DNA of 64,000 nucleotides from Octopus sinensis (Eukaryota). The position numbers were made by a program, and so were the translations under genes. Of the stretch, positions 12,931 through 25,541 are shown piece after piece. The stretch is taken from NCBI RefSeq assembly GCF_006345805.1, contig NC_042997.1:114390001-114454000 (forward strand), given 5' to 3'. The notes beneath the pieces were generated by a model. It saw nothing but the letters and a program-made list of their open reading frames with translations, was not told where the DNA came from and did not search any database. How positions within the stretch are numbered: position 1 is the first letter of the stretch; each line of letters opens with the position of its first letter.

Positions 12931-13715
12931 TCAAAATATCTGGCAGTGTCGGCTATAACCTAGTCACCCGTATAGTCAACCAGGTGATACACGAAGGAGT
13001 CATACCCAATGACTGGTGCAGCAGCATACTAGTCAACTGCTACAAAGGTAAAGGTGATGCCCTAGATACAAATAATTACAGAGGTATCAAGCTGTTGGAT
13101 CAAGTAATGAAGGTTACGGAGAGGGTCATAGCCCAACTAATTAGAGAGAGAGTTAGTTTAGATGAGATGCAGTTTGGGTTCGTGCCAGGGAAAAGTACCA
13201 CTGATGCTATATTCCTGGTAAGGCAGCTGCAGGAGAAATACCTAGCCAAAGATAAGCCCCTGTACCTGGCTTTCGTTGACATGGAGAAAGCTTTTGATAG
13301 GGTCCCCCGATCCCTTATCTGGTGGTCAATGAGGAAACTAGGGATAGATGAATGGCTGGTGAGGACTGTGCAAGCCATGTACAGAGATGCCGTAAGTAAG
13401 GTTAGGGTTGGCAACATGTACACAGAAGAATTCAAAGTAGAGGTTGGGGTCCACCAGGGTTCAGTACTCAGCCCCCTCCTATTTATCATAGTACTCCAGG
13501 CAATTACGGAGGAATTCAAGACAGGCTGTCCCTGGGAGCTCCTCTACGCTGACGACCTTGCTCTTATTGCTGAGTCACTATCAGAACTGGAGGAGAAGTT
13601 CCAGGTGTGGAAGGAGGGTTTAGAATCAAGGGGCCTTAGAGTCAACCTAGCTAAAACCAAAGTACTAATAAGTAGGAAGGTAGACAATCCACAAATATCT
13701 TCAGGAAGATGGCCC

Positions 13716-13847
13716 TGCTCGATCTGTAGAAAAGGTGTAGGTAGAAACTCTATAAGATGTACCCAGTGTAAGCTATGGACACATAAGAGGTGCAGCAATG
13801 TCAAAGGTAGGCTAACTGGGAAGATAGTTTTTGTATGTGGCAGATGC
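13716..13847 (+). other. PHD-type C4HC3 zinc finger inside the RTE RT region
   Basis: CSIC-x10-CTQC-x4-HKRC-x14-CGRC lies between NLAKTKVL and LEVVDSFRYLG. The same finger is in the 22.5-kb copy. Confidence 0.75.
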
Positions 13848-14584
13848 TCGGGAGCATTAACCTCCGAAAATCTGCGGAAAACAACTTCCGTCACTTTCCA
13901 GGGGGAAAAACTAGAAGTAGTTGATAGCTTCCGTTATCTAGGTGACCAAGTCAGTAGTGGGGGTGGGTGCGCTGAAAGTGTAACTGCTAGAATAAGAATA
14001 GCCTGGGCAAAGTTTAGGGAGCTCTTACCTCTGCTGGTGACTAAAGGCCTCTCGCTCAGAGTAAAAGGCAGACTGTATGATGCGTGTGTACGAACAGCCA
14101 TGCTACATGGCAGCGAAACATGGGCCGTGACTGCTGAGGACATGCGTAAGCTCATGAGGAATGAAGCCAGTATGCTCCGATGGATGTGTAATGTCAGTGT
14201 ACATACTCGACAGAGCGTTAGCACCTTGAGAGAAATGTTGTACCTAAGAAGCATCAGTTGTGGTGTGCAAGAGAGACGATTGCGCTGGTATGGTCATGTG
14301 GCAAGAATGGATGAAGATAGGTGTGTGAGAAAGTGCCAATCCCTAGCAGTTGAGGGAACCCGTGGAAGAGGTAGACCCAGAAAAACCTGGGACGAGGTGG
14401 TGAAGCACGACCTTCGAACTTTAGGCCTCACTGAGGAAATGACCAGCGACTGAGACCTTTGGAAATATTCTGTACGTGAGAAGACCAGGCAGGACAAGTG
14501 AGCCCAGCCCACTTATGAATGCCTTTCCTCCCTTGGACACAAAGACCTGTTGAGGCTAGCGAAGTCGATATAGAACCTCATCCG

Positions 14585-15018
14585 ACGACAGACACCCATG
14601 CCAACCCCCCATGCTTGCGAAGACATGTTGGGGCAAGCGAAACCGAATTGAACCAGCCAGGATCCCTGGCCTGGTGGTACGTAAAAAGCACTATCCGACT
14701 CGTGGCCGTGGCACGTAAAATACTCCAATGCGACCGTACGACAGGCACCCATGCCAACCCCCTTTGCTTGTGAAGACATGTTGGGGCAAGCGAAATCGAA
14801 ATCGAATTGAACCAGCCAGGATCCCTGGTCTGGTGGTACGTAAAAAGCACTATCCGACTCGTGGCCGTGGCACGTAAAATACTCCAATGCGACCGTACGA
14901 CAGGCACCCATGCCAACCCCCTTTGCTTGTGAAGACATGTTGGGGCAAGCGAAATCGAATTGAACCAGCCAGGATCCCTGGTCTGGTGGTACGTAAAAGG
15001 CACTATCCGACTCGTGGC
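14585..15018 (+). repeat. About 2.8 tandem copies of a 153-159 bp unit in the RTE 3' UTR
   Basis: cccatgccaacc recurs at 14595, 14748 and 14907; copy 2 has an extra aaatcg. Confidence 0.9.
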
Positions 15019-15359
15019 TGATGCCAGCACCGCCTCGACTGGCTTCCGTGCCGGTGGCACATAAAATACACCAATCTGACCGTGGCTGTTGCCAGCCTCG
15101 CCTGGCACCTGTGCAGGTGGCACGTAAAAAGCACCCACTACACTCACGGAGTGGTTGGCGTTAGGAAGGGCATCCAGCTGTAGAAACATTGCCAGATTAG
15201 ACTGGAGCCTGGTGCAGCCTTCTGGCTTCCCAGATCCCCGGTCGAACCGTCCAACCCATGCTAGCATGGAGAACGGACGTTAAACGATGATGATGATGAT
15301 ATATATATCTCGTTCGAATTGCTTTGCTGCGCCTCTGTTTTGTTTTGTTCTGACAACGT

Positions 15360-15467
15360 AATTCCTGGTTTTTCCTGAAGAGAAAGCTGCAATATGGTAT
15401 CCTTATTTAATCAGAATTTGGAAAATTGTGGCCTTTGAAACATGTGTAGAATGTAATAAAAGGAATT
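15360..15467 (+). ncRNA. Candidate type I hammerhead ribozyme in a Penelope-like terminal remnant (15309-15508)
   Basis: Core CUGAAGA 15375-15381; stem II 15382-15393/15425-15436 (one mismatch, G10.1-U11.1); GAAA 15437-15440; stem III AC-AUGU-GU; GUA cleavage triplet ending 15448; stem I 15372-74/15449-51 extended by 15360-71/15458-67 across a UGUAAU bulge. Confidence 0.65.
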
Positions 15468-15505
15468 CTGTACAATCTTCGTTCAACTCCATTTCTTCCA
15501 TTCAC

Positions 15506-15538
<33 letters not shown>

Positions 15539-15543
<5 letters not shown>

Positions 15544-15639
15544 TATTAGATGGAAGCCACTATGTAGACACCCTTATGCTAAAAATAGATCCACTCTAAT
15601 ATAAGGGTGTCCACATAGTGGTTTCCCTCTAATATGTAT
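15539..15639. mobile_element. About 100-bp Tc1/mariner-type MITE-like hairpin
   Basis: About 38-bp arms (15539-15577 and 15601-15639) with about 3 mismatches, a 23-nt loop and TA-rich termini. Confidence 0.7.
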
Positions 15640-16491
15640 ATAATACAATTTTACTGAAGCTTCAGTTTTTTTTATATGCTAGACCACTGGTGTGAAATCG
15701 ATGTTAATTAAATTAATATCTAATTTCTTACCCTCATTTTAAATATATATATATATATATATATATGTAATCCAAAGTACCAATTAAATACATGCAGCAT
15801 AGCTGAGAAGTTTGTTTTTTGAAATTACATGATTTCAAGTCAAACCGTTTTGCATGACGTTAAGGAAAGTTTTCTTCCTATCATAGCATACTTTCATCAT
15901 CATCATCATTTAACATCTATTGTCCATGCTGGCATGAGTTGGACGGTTTGACTGGGCTGGCACTCTGGAAGGCTGCACCAGACTCCAGTCTGATTTGGCC
16001 TGGTTTTCTACTGCTGGACGCCCTTCCTAATGCCAATCACTCCAAGAGTGTAGTGGGTGCTTTTACATGCCACCAGCATAGGTGCCCTTTGTGTGACACC
16101 AGGGTGCATTTACATGCCACCAGTACAGGTGCCAATTTGCGTGACCCCAGTATCTGTCCCGACTATAATTTTGCTCGGTTTGATGGGTCTTCTTCTCACC
16201 ACTTTGTAGGCGGAATTTCATAGGAAAAAATGAATGGAAACCTGATGTGTGCATGCATGCATTTTGACAATACACATCTGAAAATTACAAACAACAGTAA
16301 GAAACACAAGATCCAGTGATACTCCCTTTAATGCCAGTTGGAAATCTGTAGCCAATGACGTCAGTGTTCACAAAATATAATATTAAAAAAATAAATAAAT
16401 AAGGTTTTATTGGGTTTTTTTCATATGAACAATTCTCTAAAATAATTTTTTTTCTTTTAAAAATAGATTGGTGTAGATTATTCATAAATCA

Positions 16492-16889
16492 TAAACAGTG
16501 GCGCATGAGTGGCTCTGTGGTAAGTAGCTTGCTTACCAACCACATGGTTTGGGGTTCAGTCGCACTGTGTGGCACCTTGGGCAAGTGTTTCAGGCCAACC
16601 AAAGCCTTGTGAATGGATTTGGTAGACGGAAACTGAAAGAAGCCCATCGTATATATGTATATATATATATATGTATGTGTGTGTATATGTATGTCTCTGT
16701 TTGTCCCCCCAGCATCACTTGACAACCGATGCTGGTGTGTTTACGTCCCCATAACTTAGCGGTTTGGCAAAAGAGACTGATAGAATAAGTACTAGGCTTA
16801 CAAAGAATAAGTCCTGGGGTCGATTTGCTTGACTATAGGTGGTGCTCCAGCATGGTCGCAGTCAAATGACTGAAACAAGTAAAAGAGTG
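16492..16889 (+). mobile_element. SINE family A, full length
   Basis: Colinear with 1144-1530. Confidence 0.9.
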
Positions 16890-17659
16890 GTTCTACAATC
16901 TTTAGAAACTCATGGGTTCAGTAACAAAATATGTTTGGGAGCCACCGAGTTATACTAGGGAAACTAAAATACTGAACAAAAAAATCTGCATCAAACTACA
17001 CTTCTGTGATTGTTTGACATTCTAGGGACAGCAGTGAAGTCTCTTTTAAATTATTCCCCACTATTTTAAAAATAGAAAGACACACCAGATAATGTAGTCC
17101 TAGATGCACTCCAATCTGCATTGTTTGTATTTCCAAAAATGTCTATCAACTAATATTATTGAATTCCATTACTTGCTGTTTTCAGACTTCAAACATTCAA
17201 AAGGAAGTTTTTGTCTACTAAATGCTGGGATAATCTCATTTGAGTGAAGTCTTTCATGTAGCTGTATTACATAAACAAGACCCTACTGTGTTGTATGGGC
17301 ACTTCCCAACAGCCGGAGAAAAATAAATTGAGCCTAGTGTATTATAACACATTACATAGGAAATATAGGTTGAGTGAGGGCAGTATGAAAAAATAATTGA
17401 ATGTTAATAACAGCCGTTGAAGCAAGACTATAATAAAAAGAACAAACACACTATGAGAAAAAATATGTTGATGGTTGTTTGCTACAAGGTCAAGGAAGAT
17501 ATGAAGTAAAGAAGTTAGACCAGTTGAGAGAATTAAGTCATAATAGGAAAGAAATAGTACCAGAGCCCACTGTCTCACTAACAAATTATGAAATGAAAGA
17601 AGATTAGATAAAAATTGATGATAAATATGTCAGTAATTTTATTCTTTTCTATTCTATGC

Positions 17660-18045
17660 ACAAGGCCCAAAATTTTTAGAGAGGCGGGGCCAATTGATTA
17701 GATCGACCCAGTACACAACTGGTACTTGATTTATTGACCCTGAAAGGATGAAAGGCAAAGTCAACCTCAGCAGAATTTGAACTCAGAATGTAACGGCAGA
17801 AGAAATACCTGTCTCTTTACTACCCACAAGGGACTAAACACAGAGAGGACAAACATAGACAGACAAACGGATTAAGTCGATTATATTGATCCCAGTGCGT
17901 AACTGGTACTTATTTAATCGACCCCGAAAGGATGAAAGTCAAAGTCGAACTCGGTGGAATTTGAACTCAGAACGTAGTGGCAGATGAAATACCGCTAAGC
18001 ATTTTGCCTAGTATGCTAACATTTCTGCCAACTCGCTGCCTTAAT
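17660..18045 (-). mobile_element. SINE family C with an internally duplicated segment
   Basis: gatcgaccc.agt...aactggtact...gaaaggatgaaag.caaagtc.acct.gg..gaatttgaactcagaa occurs twice; B-box-like GAGTTCAAATTC on the minus strand. Confidence 0.75.
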
Positions 18046-18284
18046 GTCAGTAATTTATATTACTCCAGTTCTGATTTGGAAAGGAATATTCATTTTTATT
18101 TTGTTTTATTTTTATGAAATCTCTTAATAGTAAAATTAGTAAAAAGAAATTTTAAAAATTCATTTGAAACTTAATTTTAATTATCTTAACCTATACTTAG
18201 TTCTCAATAAACGGTCGAAAGAATGATTATGATTTTATCTATATTCACTTAATACGAAAAATAGTGAAAATAAGAATATGTATA

Positions 18285-19443
18285 TATTTGGCCATCACAT
18301 AAATAATGTGCTTTTTTTTATACATCTTTTATTTTTTTTTAATTAAGATGATTTTTTTTTTTTTCACAATGCTCTTCCATCTATCTGATCTGGTAAACTT
18401 GCAAGGCTCCTCTTCTAAATTCACTTGTCTGTGATGAAAAATACTCTTCCAGTACTGTTCTGACCTCATCTACAGAATTCATATTTTTTCTGTTCAAATG
18501 ATTTTGAAAACTGAAATAAATGATAATCAGATGGGGAAATGCGCAGCAAATATGGTGGGTGGGGCATCGTTTCCCATTCAAACATGGTTGTTTTTCTTCT
18601 AGCGCTCACTTAAGCCGCCTAAGCTGTTCAGATCTCTTTTATTAGTGTTTGGTTTGGGTTTAAAAGTTCAAAGTGGAATAAACCTTCCATATCCAACCAA
18701 ACTGATAATATTTTATGTGGGTGAAGACCTTCTTTAGCCTAGGGTGCCAGTGCTTCCCCTTTCCCTACACACTGTCTTTAGTGCTTGACATTTTTATAGA
18801 GAACCCATTTCTTGCCACCAGTCTCTATGCAATCCGAAAAAGGTTCATTTGTGAGACATGACATCAAAGAAGAGCACACATTCACTCACTGCACATGATT
18901 AGATTTTGAAAGTTTGTGAGGAACCCAATGACCCAATTTGCTGAATTTTCTGATGGCACACAGGTGTCGATGAATGGTTGAATGACTAAATCCAAGCTTC
19001 TCTGCTAGTTCCTCAGTGGCTACAATGGGATTTTTTTGTTCCACCAGAGTTTGCAGGACATCCTCATTGAGCCCTAAAGATCTTCCAGGACGAGGCTCAT
19101 CTTCTAGGCTGTAGCTTCTGGCTTGGACTTTCTGGAACCACCTTTGACACTGGATTACACTTATTGTCCAATCCCCATATACTGCATTAATATTCCTCGC
19201 ACTTTCCATTGCATTGTTGCCTTTATTGAATTCATAAAGCAAAATATGCCAAATATGTTGTTTTGTCACTTCCATTATAGCTTTGAAAAAACTTAAAATC
19301 GAACTACACTTTTCAAAACTTGTACTAAGAATAAGGACATGGCTTTTATAGCAAATTGATGCAGGTAGTTTATCCCGCCCCCGACCAAATTTTAGTTCAT
19401 ACAATTAAAAAAAAAAACACATTATTTATGGGATGACCCAATA
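18285..19443 (-). mobile_element. Mariner (DD34D-type) transposon relic with both TIRs and TA TSD
   Basis: TIRs tatttggccatcacataaataatgtg (18285) and tattgggtcatcccataaataatgtg (reverse complement, 19443), each flanked by TA. Transposase remnants ILLYEFNKG, SLEDEPRPGR, LGHWVPHKL and a C-terminal QNHLN...EEYF. Confidence 0.93.
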
Positions 19444-19679
19444 TATCAATAGTAGATACATTAAGCAATCTTAGTGAAAATGTGCATTTTCACATCTCCA
19501 TTTTGTTTGGATTCTCATGGTATTTTATCCCACTCATATGAGGCAGTAGCTCTCTGAATTTCACCCAGCCTATTCTTATTCTAGCTGTTATGCTCCCAGA
19601 AAAACCACTCTCACTACTAACTTGATCATCTAAGTAATGGAAACTGTCTATTGCTTCTAGGGATGCTCACTGACATCTG

Positions 19680-20236
19680 AGGGAATCTATTTTTGTATAT
19701 TCCTGGTGTTTAATGAACCTGCACATCTGCATTGTAAATGATCACAGAGGAAAGATGGGTATGAGAGGCTTCAGATGTTGTGCGCAAGAGAGAAGACTGT
19801 GCTGGTTTGGTCATGTAATGCATATGAATGAGGACAGCCGCATAAAAAAAGTACTAAGCTCTAATTGTGGAGGGAGCCTGTGGAAGAGGTAGACCCAGGA
19901 AGTCATGAGATGAAGTGGTGAGAAAGGATCTCAGGACGCTGGGCCCCATTCAAGAAATGATAAGGGACCGGAAGATGTGGCAATTTGCTGTCAAGCTAAG
20001 TAAAATCACTGTCATTTATACATACAGGCTTGTCCTTTACAGATGCTGGTGGCACAGAAAATGTGCTGGTGCTGTGTAAATGCACTTGTGATGGTGGCAT
20101 GTAAAAAGCACCCAGCTCATAGAAACCATTGCCACAGGAGGCAATTGGGGTCCGGACAGCTCCTTGGCTGGCCAGCTCCTGTCAAACTGTCCAGCTTATG
20201 CCAGCATAGAAAATGTACATTAAACGATGATGATAA
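19680..20236 (+). mobile_element. RTE 3' fragment (ORF end plus tail)
   Basis: gctggtttggtcatg (WFGH), ggaagaggtagacccaggaag (GRGRPRK), then tail ...cagcatagaaaatgtacattaaacgatgatgat. Confidence 0.8.
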
Positions 20237-20256
20237 TGAGGATATATATATATATT

Positions 20257-20961
20257 ATAGGCACAGGAATGGATGTGTGGTAAGTAGCTTGCTTAAAAAA
20301 AAAAGACTCCGCCGGTTACGACGACGAGGGTCCCAGCTGATACGATCAACGGAACAGCTTGCTCGTGAAATTAACGTGCAAATGGCTGAGCATTCCACAG
20401 ACACGTGTACCCTTAACGTAGTTCTCGGGGATAATCAGCGTGACACAGAGAGTGACAAGGCTGACCCTTTGAAATACAAGTACAACTCATTTTTGCCAGC
20501 TGAGTGGACTGGAGCAACGTGAAATAAAGTGTCTTGCTCAAGGACACAACGCGTCGCCGGGAATCGAACTCACAACCTTACGATCATGAGCCGAATGCCC
20601 TAACCACTAAGCCACGCGCCCTCACAGTAGCTTGCTTACCAACCACATGGTTCCAGGCTCAGTCCCACTGCGTGGTACCTTGGGCAAGTGTCTTCTACTA
20701 TAGCCTTGGGCCGACCAAAGCCTTGTTAGAGGTAGATGGAAACTGAAAGAAGCCTGTCGTATGTACATATATGTGTGTGTGTGTCCCCAACATCACTTGA
20801 CAACCGATGCTGGTGTGTTTACATCCCTATAATTTAGTGGTTCGGCAAAAGCAACCGATAGAATAAGTACTAGGCATAAAAGAATAAGTCCTGAGGTTGA
20901 TTTGCTCGACTAAAGGCAGTGCTCCAGCATGGCTGCAGTCAAATGACTGAAACAAGTAAAA

Positions 20962-20965
<4 letters not shown>
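20257..20965 (+). mobile_element. SINE family A interrupted by the family B insertion
   Basis: Head 20257-20295 continues at 20626 after the TSD. Confidence 0.9.
20296..20625 (-). mobile_element. Very young tRNA-derived SINE (family B) nested in a family A SINE
   Basis: A box TGGCTTAGTGG (20614-20604), B box GTTCGATTCC (20569-20560), ccttgagcaagacact body motif, T-run tail, and a 13-bp TSD agtagcttgctta at 20283-20295 and 20626-20638. Confidence 0.93.
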
Positions 20966-20994
<29 letters not shown>

Positions 20995-21773
20995 GTGAAT
21001 AAATGAGATATGATAATTTAGTTTTTAGCCACAAAATTACCAACCTAATACTTGAGACAAAAATAAGTAAAGTGAGAAATTCACTAAGTACTATTTATAA
21101 AATTTTGTTTATAGTATATTCCAAATGTGAAACTATAATTATGATATAGTAATACACATGTAGAAATAAGAGGCAAATAGACAACATAGTACCATTAAAT
21201 GGAAGCTATTTTGTTTCCATCGATACACACACAGTGTATGTGTTTTTCTTTTGTTTTGGGGTTTCTTTTTGTATGTGGGTCTAAGTATATATAACTATTT
21301 ATTGAAATATGTAGATGTAATCGTTTAAGTGTATGTTGAACAAAATAAGAGGTTATTTAAACTTACTAGATGTTTATGATATTAATGTCTAGAATATTTG
21401 ATTTCAATACAATTCAACTCATATTGCAAGAAATGTAAACATCATTTATAAAACATTCAAAGTAATACGTTTTATTTCTGTCATCCAGATCTATTGATGC
21501 TGGTGTGGAACAATGAATCAATAATATATGTTAATTTCATACAGTATTTTAATGCTCTGATGCTAAATCTGTGAAGCTTGAATTTGTATTTCAGTTTTTT
21601 TTTCCCCTAGATTTATTTCAGAGTAATACTATCCAAAAATTTGTGACACTTGTTCCTCTAGTTCTGGAGGTGAAGCACAATTATCTGATACTCTTAAATT
21701 TTCAACCACATTTTTCATCTTCAATTCAGTGAAACTAAGCCTCATTATATATTATAGTCTTTTTTTTATTCTT

Positions 21774-23784
21774 ATCCTTAAAACATCTGGTGGTGTGGGC
21801 TATGGCCTAGTTACCCACATTGTAAACCAGGGAGTTCATGATGGAGTCATACCCAATGACTGGCGTAGCAGCACCATAGTCAACTGCTACAAGGGTAAAA
21901 AGTGATGCTCTAAATAGAAATAACTATTGGGGTATCAAACTACTGGATCAGGTGATGAAAGTCACTGAGAGGGACATAACCCATCTCATTAGGGAGATAG
22001 TCTGCTTAGATGAGATGCAGTTCGGTTTTGTGCTGGGTAGAAGCACCACTGATGCCATATTCCTGGTTCAACAACTGCAGGAGAAATACCTAGCTAAAGA
22101 TAAACCCCTATACTTAGCTTTTGTGGACTTGGAGAAAGCCTTTGACAGGGTTCCCCAATCCGTTATCTGGTGGGCGATGCAGAAACTGGGGATTGATGAA
22201 TGATTAATAAGGGCTGTACAGGCTCTATACAGAGAGGCCATTAGTAAGGTTAGGATCTGCAATGAGTATAGTGAAGAATTTCAAGTAGGAGGGGTCCACC
22301 AAGGTTCAGCCCTTAGTCCCCTTTTATTCATCATAGTTCTCCAAGCAATAACAGAGGAATTCAAGATGGGTTGCCCCTGGGAGCTCCTCTATGCTGATGA
22401 CCTGGCCCTCATAGCAGAATCACTACCAGAACTAGAAAAGAAATTTCGGATGTGGAAGCAAGGTTTAGAATCAAAAGGCCTTAGAGTAAATGTAGCAAAG
22501 ACCAAAGTTCTAGTAAGTAGGAAGGTGAACACATCACACACTCACTCACGTAGGTGGCCCTGCTCGATCTGTAGAAAAGGTTTAGGTAGAAACTCCATAA
22601 AATGTACCCAGTGTAAGCTATGGACACATAAGAAGTGCAGTAACATCAAAGGAAGATTAACTGAGAAGACAGCTTTCGAGTGCGGCAGATGCACAGGGGC
22701 AATAAACACCACAGATGCTCAGAAAACAGATTCCATCACCACTCCAGGGGGAGAAACTAGAAGTAGTTGATAGCTTCAGCTACCTAGGTGACCAAGTTAG
22801 TAGTGGGAGTGGATTCTCAGAGAGTGTTACCACTAGAATAAGAATAGCCTGGGCAAAGTTTAGAAAACTTTTACCCCTACTGGTGACAAAGGGCCTCTTG
22901 CTCAGAGTGAAAGGTAGATTGTACAATGCATGTGTGCGAACAGCAGTGAAACATGGGCCATGGCTGCAGAGGACATGTGTAGGCTTGAAAGAAATGAAGC
23001 TAGCATGATCTGCTGGATGTGTAATGTCAGCGTGCACACGCGACAGAGTGTAAGAACCCTGAGAGAAATGTTGGACATAAGAAGCATCAGATGTGGCATG
23101 CAAGAGAGACGTTTGTGCTGGTATGGTCATGTACTATGGATGGATGAGGAGAGAAGTGTGAATAAGTGCCACTCCAAAACAGTTGAAGGAATCCGGGATA
23201 GAGGTAGACCCAGGAAGACATGGGATGAGGTGGTCAAGCATAACCTTTGAACATTGGGTTTCACAGAGGCAATGACAAAAGACTGAGACCTCTGGAGATA
23301 TGCTGTGACTGCAAAGACCTGGCAAATAAAGTGAGTTCACAGCTGTATCCTACACAAGTTTCACATAACCAGCCCCAACCCATTCAAAAGTACCTTGGAT
23401 CGTAGGGTGACCTGCTGTGCTTGAGGAAACCTATTGAGTCAAGTACATCAACATCAAAATGAAAATCAAATGGAAATTGTAGTTGTGATACCCGTGCCAA
23501 ATGTGGATGATGCCAGCGCCGCCTTGACTGGCTTCCATGCCAGTGGCACATAAAAAGCACCAACTGATTGTGGTCGTTTTCAGTTTCCTCTCACTCGTGT
23601 GCCAGTGGCACATAAAAAGCACCCACTACACTCATGGAGTAGTTGGTGTTAGGAAGGGCATCCAACTATAGAAACACTGCCAGATCAGATTGGAGCCTGG
23701 TGCAGCCTCCTGGCTTCCCAGATCCCGGTCGAACTATCCAACCTATGCTAGCATGGAAAACAGACGTTAAACGATGATGATGAT
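21774..23784 (+). mobile_element. Decayed 5'-truncated RTE LINE, same family as 12927
   Basis: RT fragments (QFGF, AFVDLEKAFD, LYADD, PHD finger, GRPRKTW) broken by stops and frameshifts; 3' UTR ends in (GAT)n. Confidence 0.95.
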
Positions 23785-25541
23785 TCTCCAAATTACTCTG
23801 CCATATCCTCATAAAAAGAACTAAAAGTAGTTTTCTGACCATTCAACTTACATTATAATTCTTATACTACTTTAAAGGTTAAGTTAGTGTTAATATATTT
23901 AATGCAAAGAGCATGTTTCCACAACTGGATATCCTTCATAATACCCAACACTTAGAATGGAGTTTTGTTCTTTGTGGTGCCAGCACTAGAGAAGCAGGAC
24001 TAACTGGTTCTCTTGATCCTATCTTGTCTAGTAAGGCTCCTCTGAACCCTCGAAAACCAAATATTGTTCACTATATTGTTTCTGTTTGTTCAAGGCAACA
24101 TGACCTACAGATTAACTAAATAGTGATGACAGAACTAAAGTGTGAGGGTTAAGAAGAGAGAGTACATTAGGAGAAAGTGATCAGTACAAGAAAGAGTTAG
24201 AGGAGAAAGTAATGGAAGAGAGACAGTGATGGTAATTATATGTTAGCTAGTAAGAAAGAGATTGATAGTAATAGAGCTAAGCAATGGTAAGAAAAGTGAT
24301 GGGTATCAATAATGAGTGACATGAGGTAGGAGGAATGATTGCTAGCAGTACAGAAGGGTAATGGAAGGGTGTATCAAATACAGTCCAGTCTGATGCAGTC
24401 CATCATTACACAGATGTTGAGATAGAATAAAGGGGAATTAGGTCCAATGCAGTCTTTCACTAGGAGAGTGTAATATAACAATATAATGTGTTAGAGACCC
24501 AAATGTAGACATATATCGTCCCTCTATCAGACTTTAACCCCCAACATCTGGCATGAAGCCACCTCTCCCTCTCTCAAATATCACCTCCATTAGGGTTAGG
24601 GTTTACTGAAGAGGCTTTTCTTTTTCTTGTTCTTTCTGTGTCTTGCAAGTTACTCGGTGACCTCATGTGCCAGTGACATGAAAATGGTTGGCATTAAGAG
24701 CATCCATCATTTAGAAACCATGCCAAAGCTGATACTGGCACATGGCACAGCCCTGTCACCACCGTCCAACCCATACTAGCATGGAAAACAGACATTGGAC
24801 AAGGAAGGTCATACAACTGAGTCATATAAAGAGAAGAACCCAAAAATAAATCATATTAATATTTCTTGTAGAGATATTATTTCATAGGTGAGTCAAGTAA
24901 CCTCTAATTATAAATATATTTCCATACCAAAAATATATAACATTCTTGTTAGTCACATATTTGAAATTACCTAAAGCTCATATCACTGCTATAATGACAT
25001 TTTTATAACAGTCCAGCTGTATTTCATATGAAATCACTAAAGTCACATTAATTTAGCTTCATTGCCTGAAATGGAATTTGCTTCCATTGTTACTTCAATG
25101 TTCCACCCTTTTCACATTACTAATGTTTCACACATTGACAGGTGACACAACTTACGAATAACAGTAAAATTGAAGTCCTTTATCTAAGTGGATTTAGTGC
25201 ATTTTATTTAAATGATACCACTTATTTTTAGTAACCTGTGTGAGTTAGTACATTTTCTTTTAATATTTAAGATGGACTGGCAGAATATGAGGAGTTACAG
25301 ATAAAATATTTTGAAGTATTTAAGTGTACCTATACGTTCTAAGTGCAGATGTGGCCAAAATTAACTTAGTCTCTCATCCTTCTGGGTTGATAAAAGAAAT
25401 ACCAGTAGAGTATAGGATTGATCATTTCAGCCAAACCTTGTTCCAAAATTTGACACATTTTGCCTATGACAGGAGATAAATAACCACAAACAATATTTTT
25501 TATAGTGAAACTTTCAAAGTATTAAGATATTAAAACACTAA

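Noticed and set aside
14585-15018. HDV-like ribozyme in the 153-bp unit (GCGAA motif)
   Set aside because: I could not build P1, P1.1 and P3. HDV-like ribozymes of RTEs are expected at the 5' end, which is missing here.
13100-15267. Minus-strand ORFs over the RTE
   Set aside because: Antisense shadows of the RT ORF and of the tandem 3' UTR units.
24590-24601. Telomeric TTAGGG x2
   Set aside because: Only two units; expected by chance.
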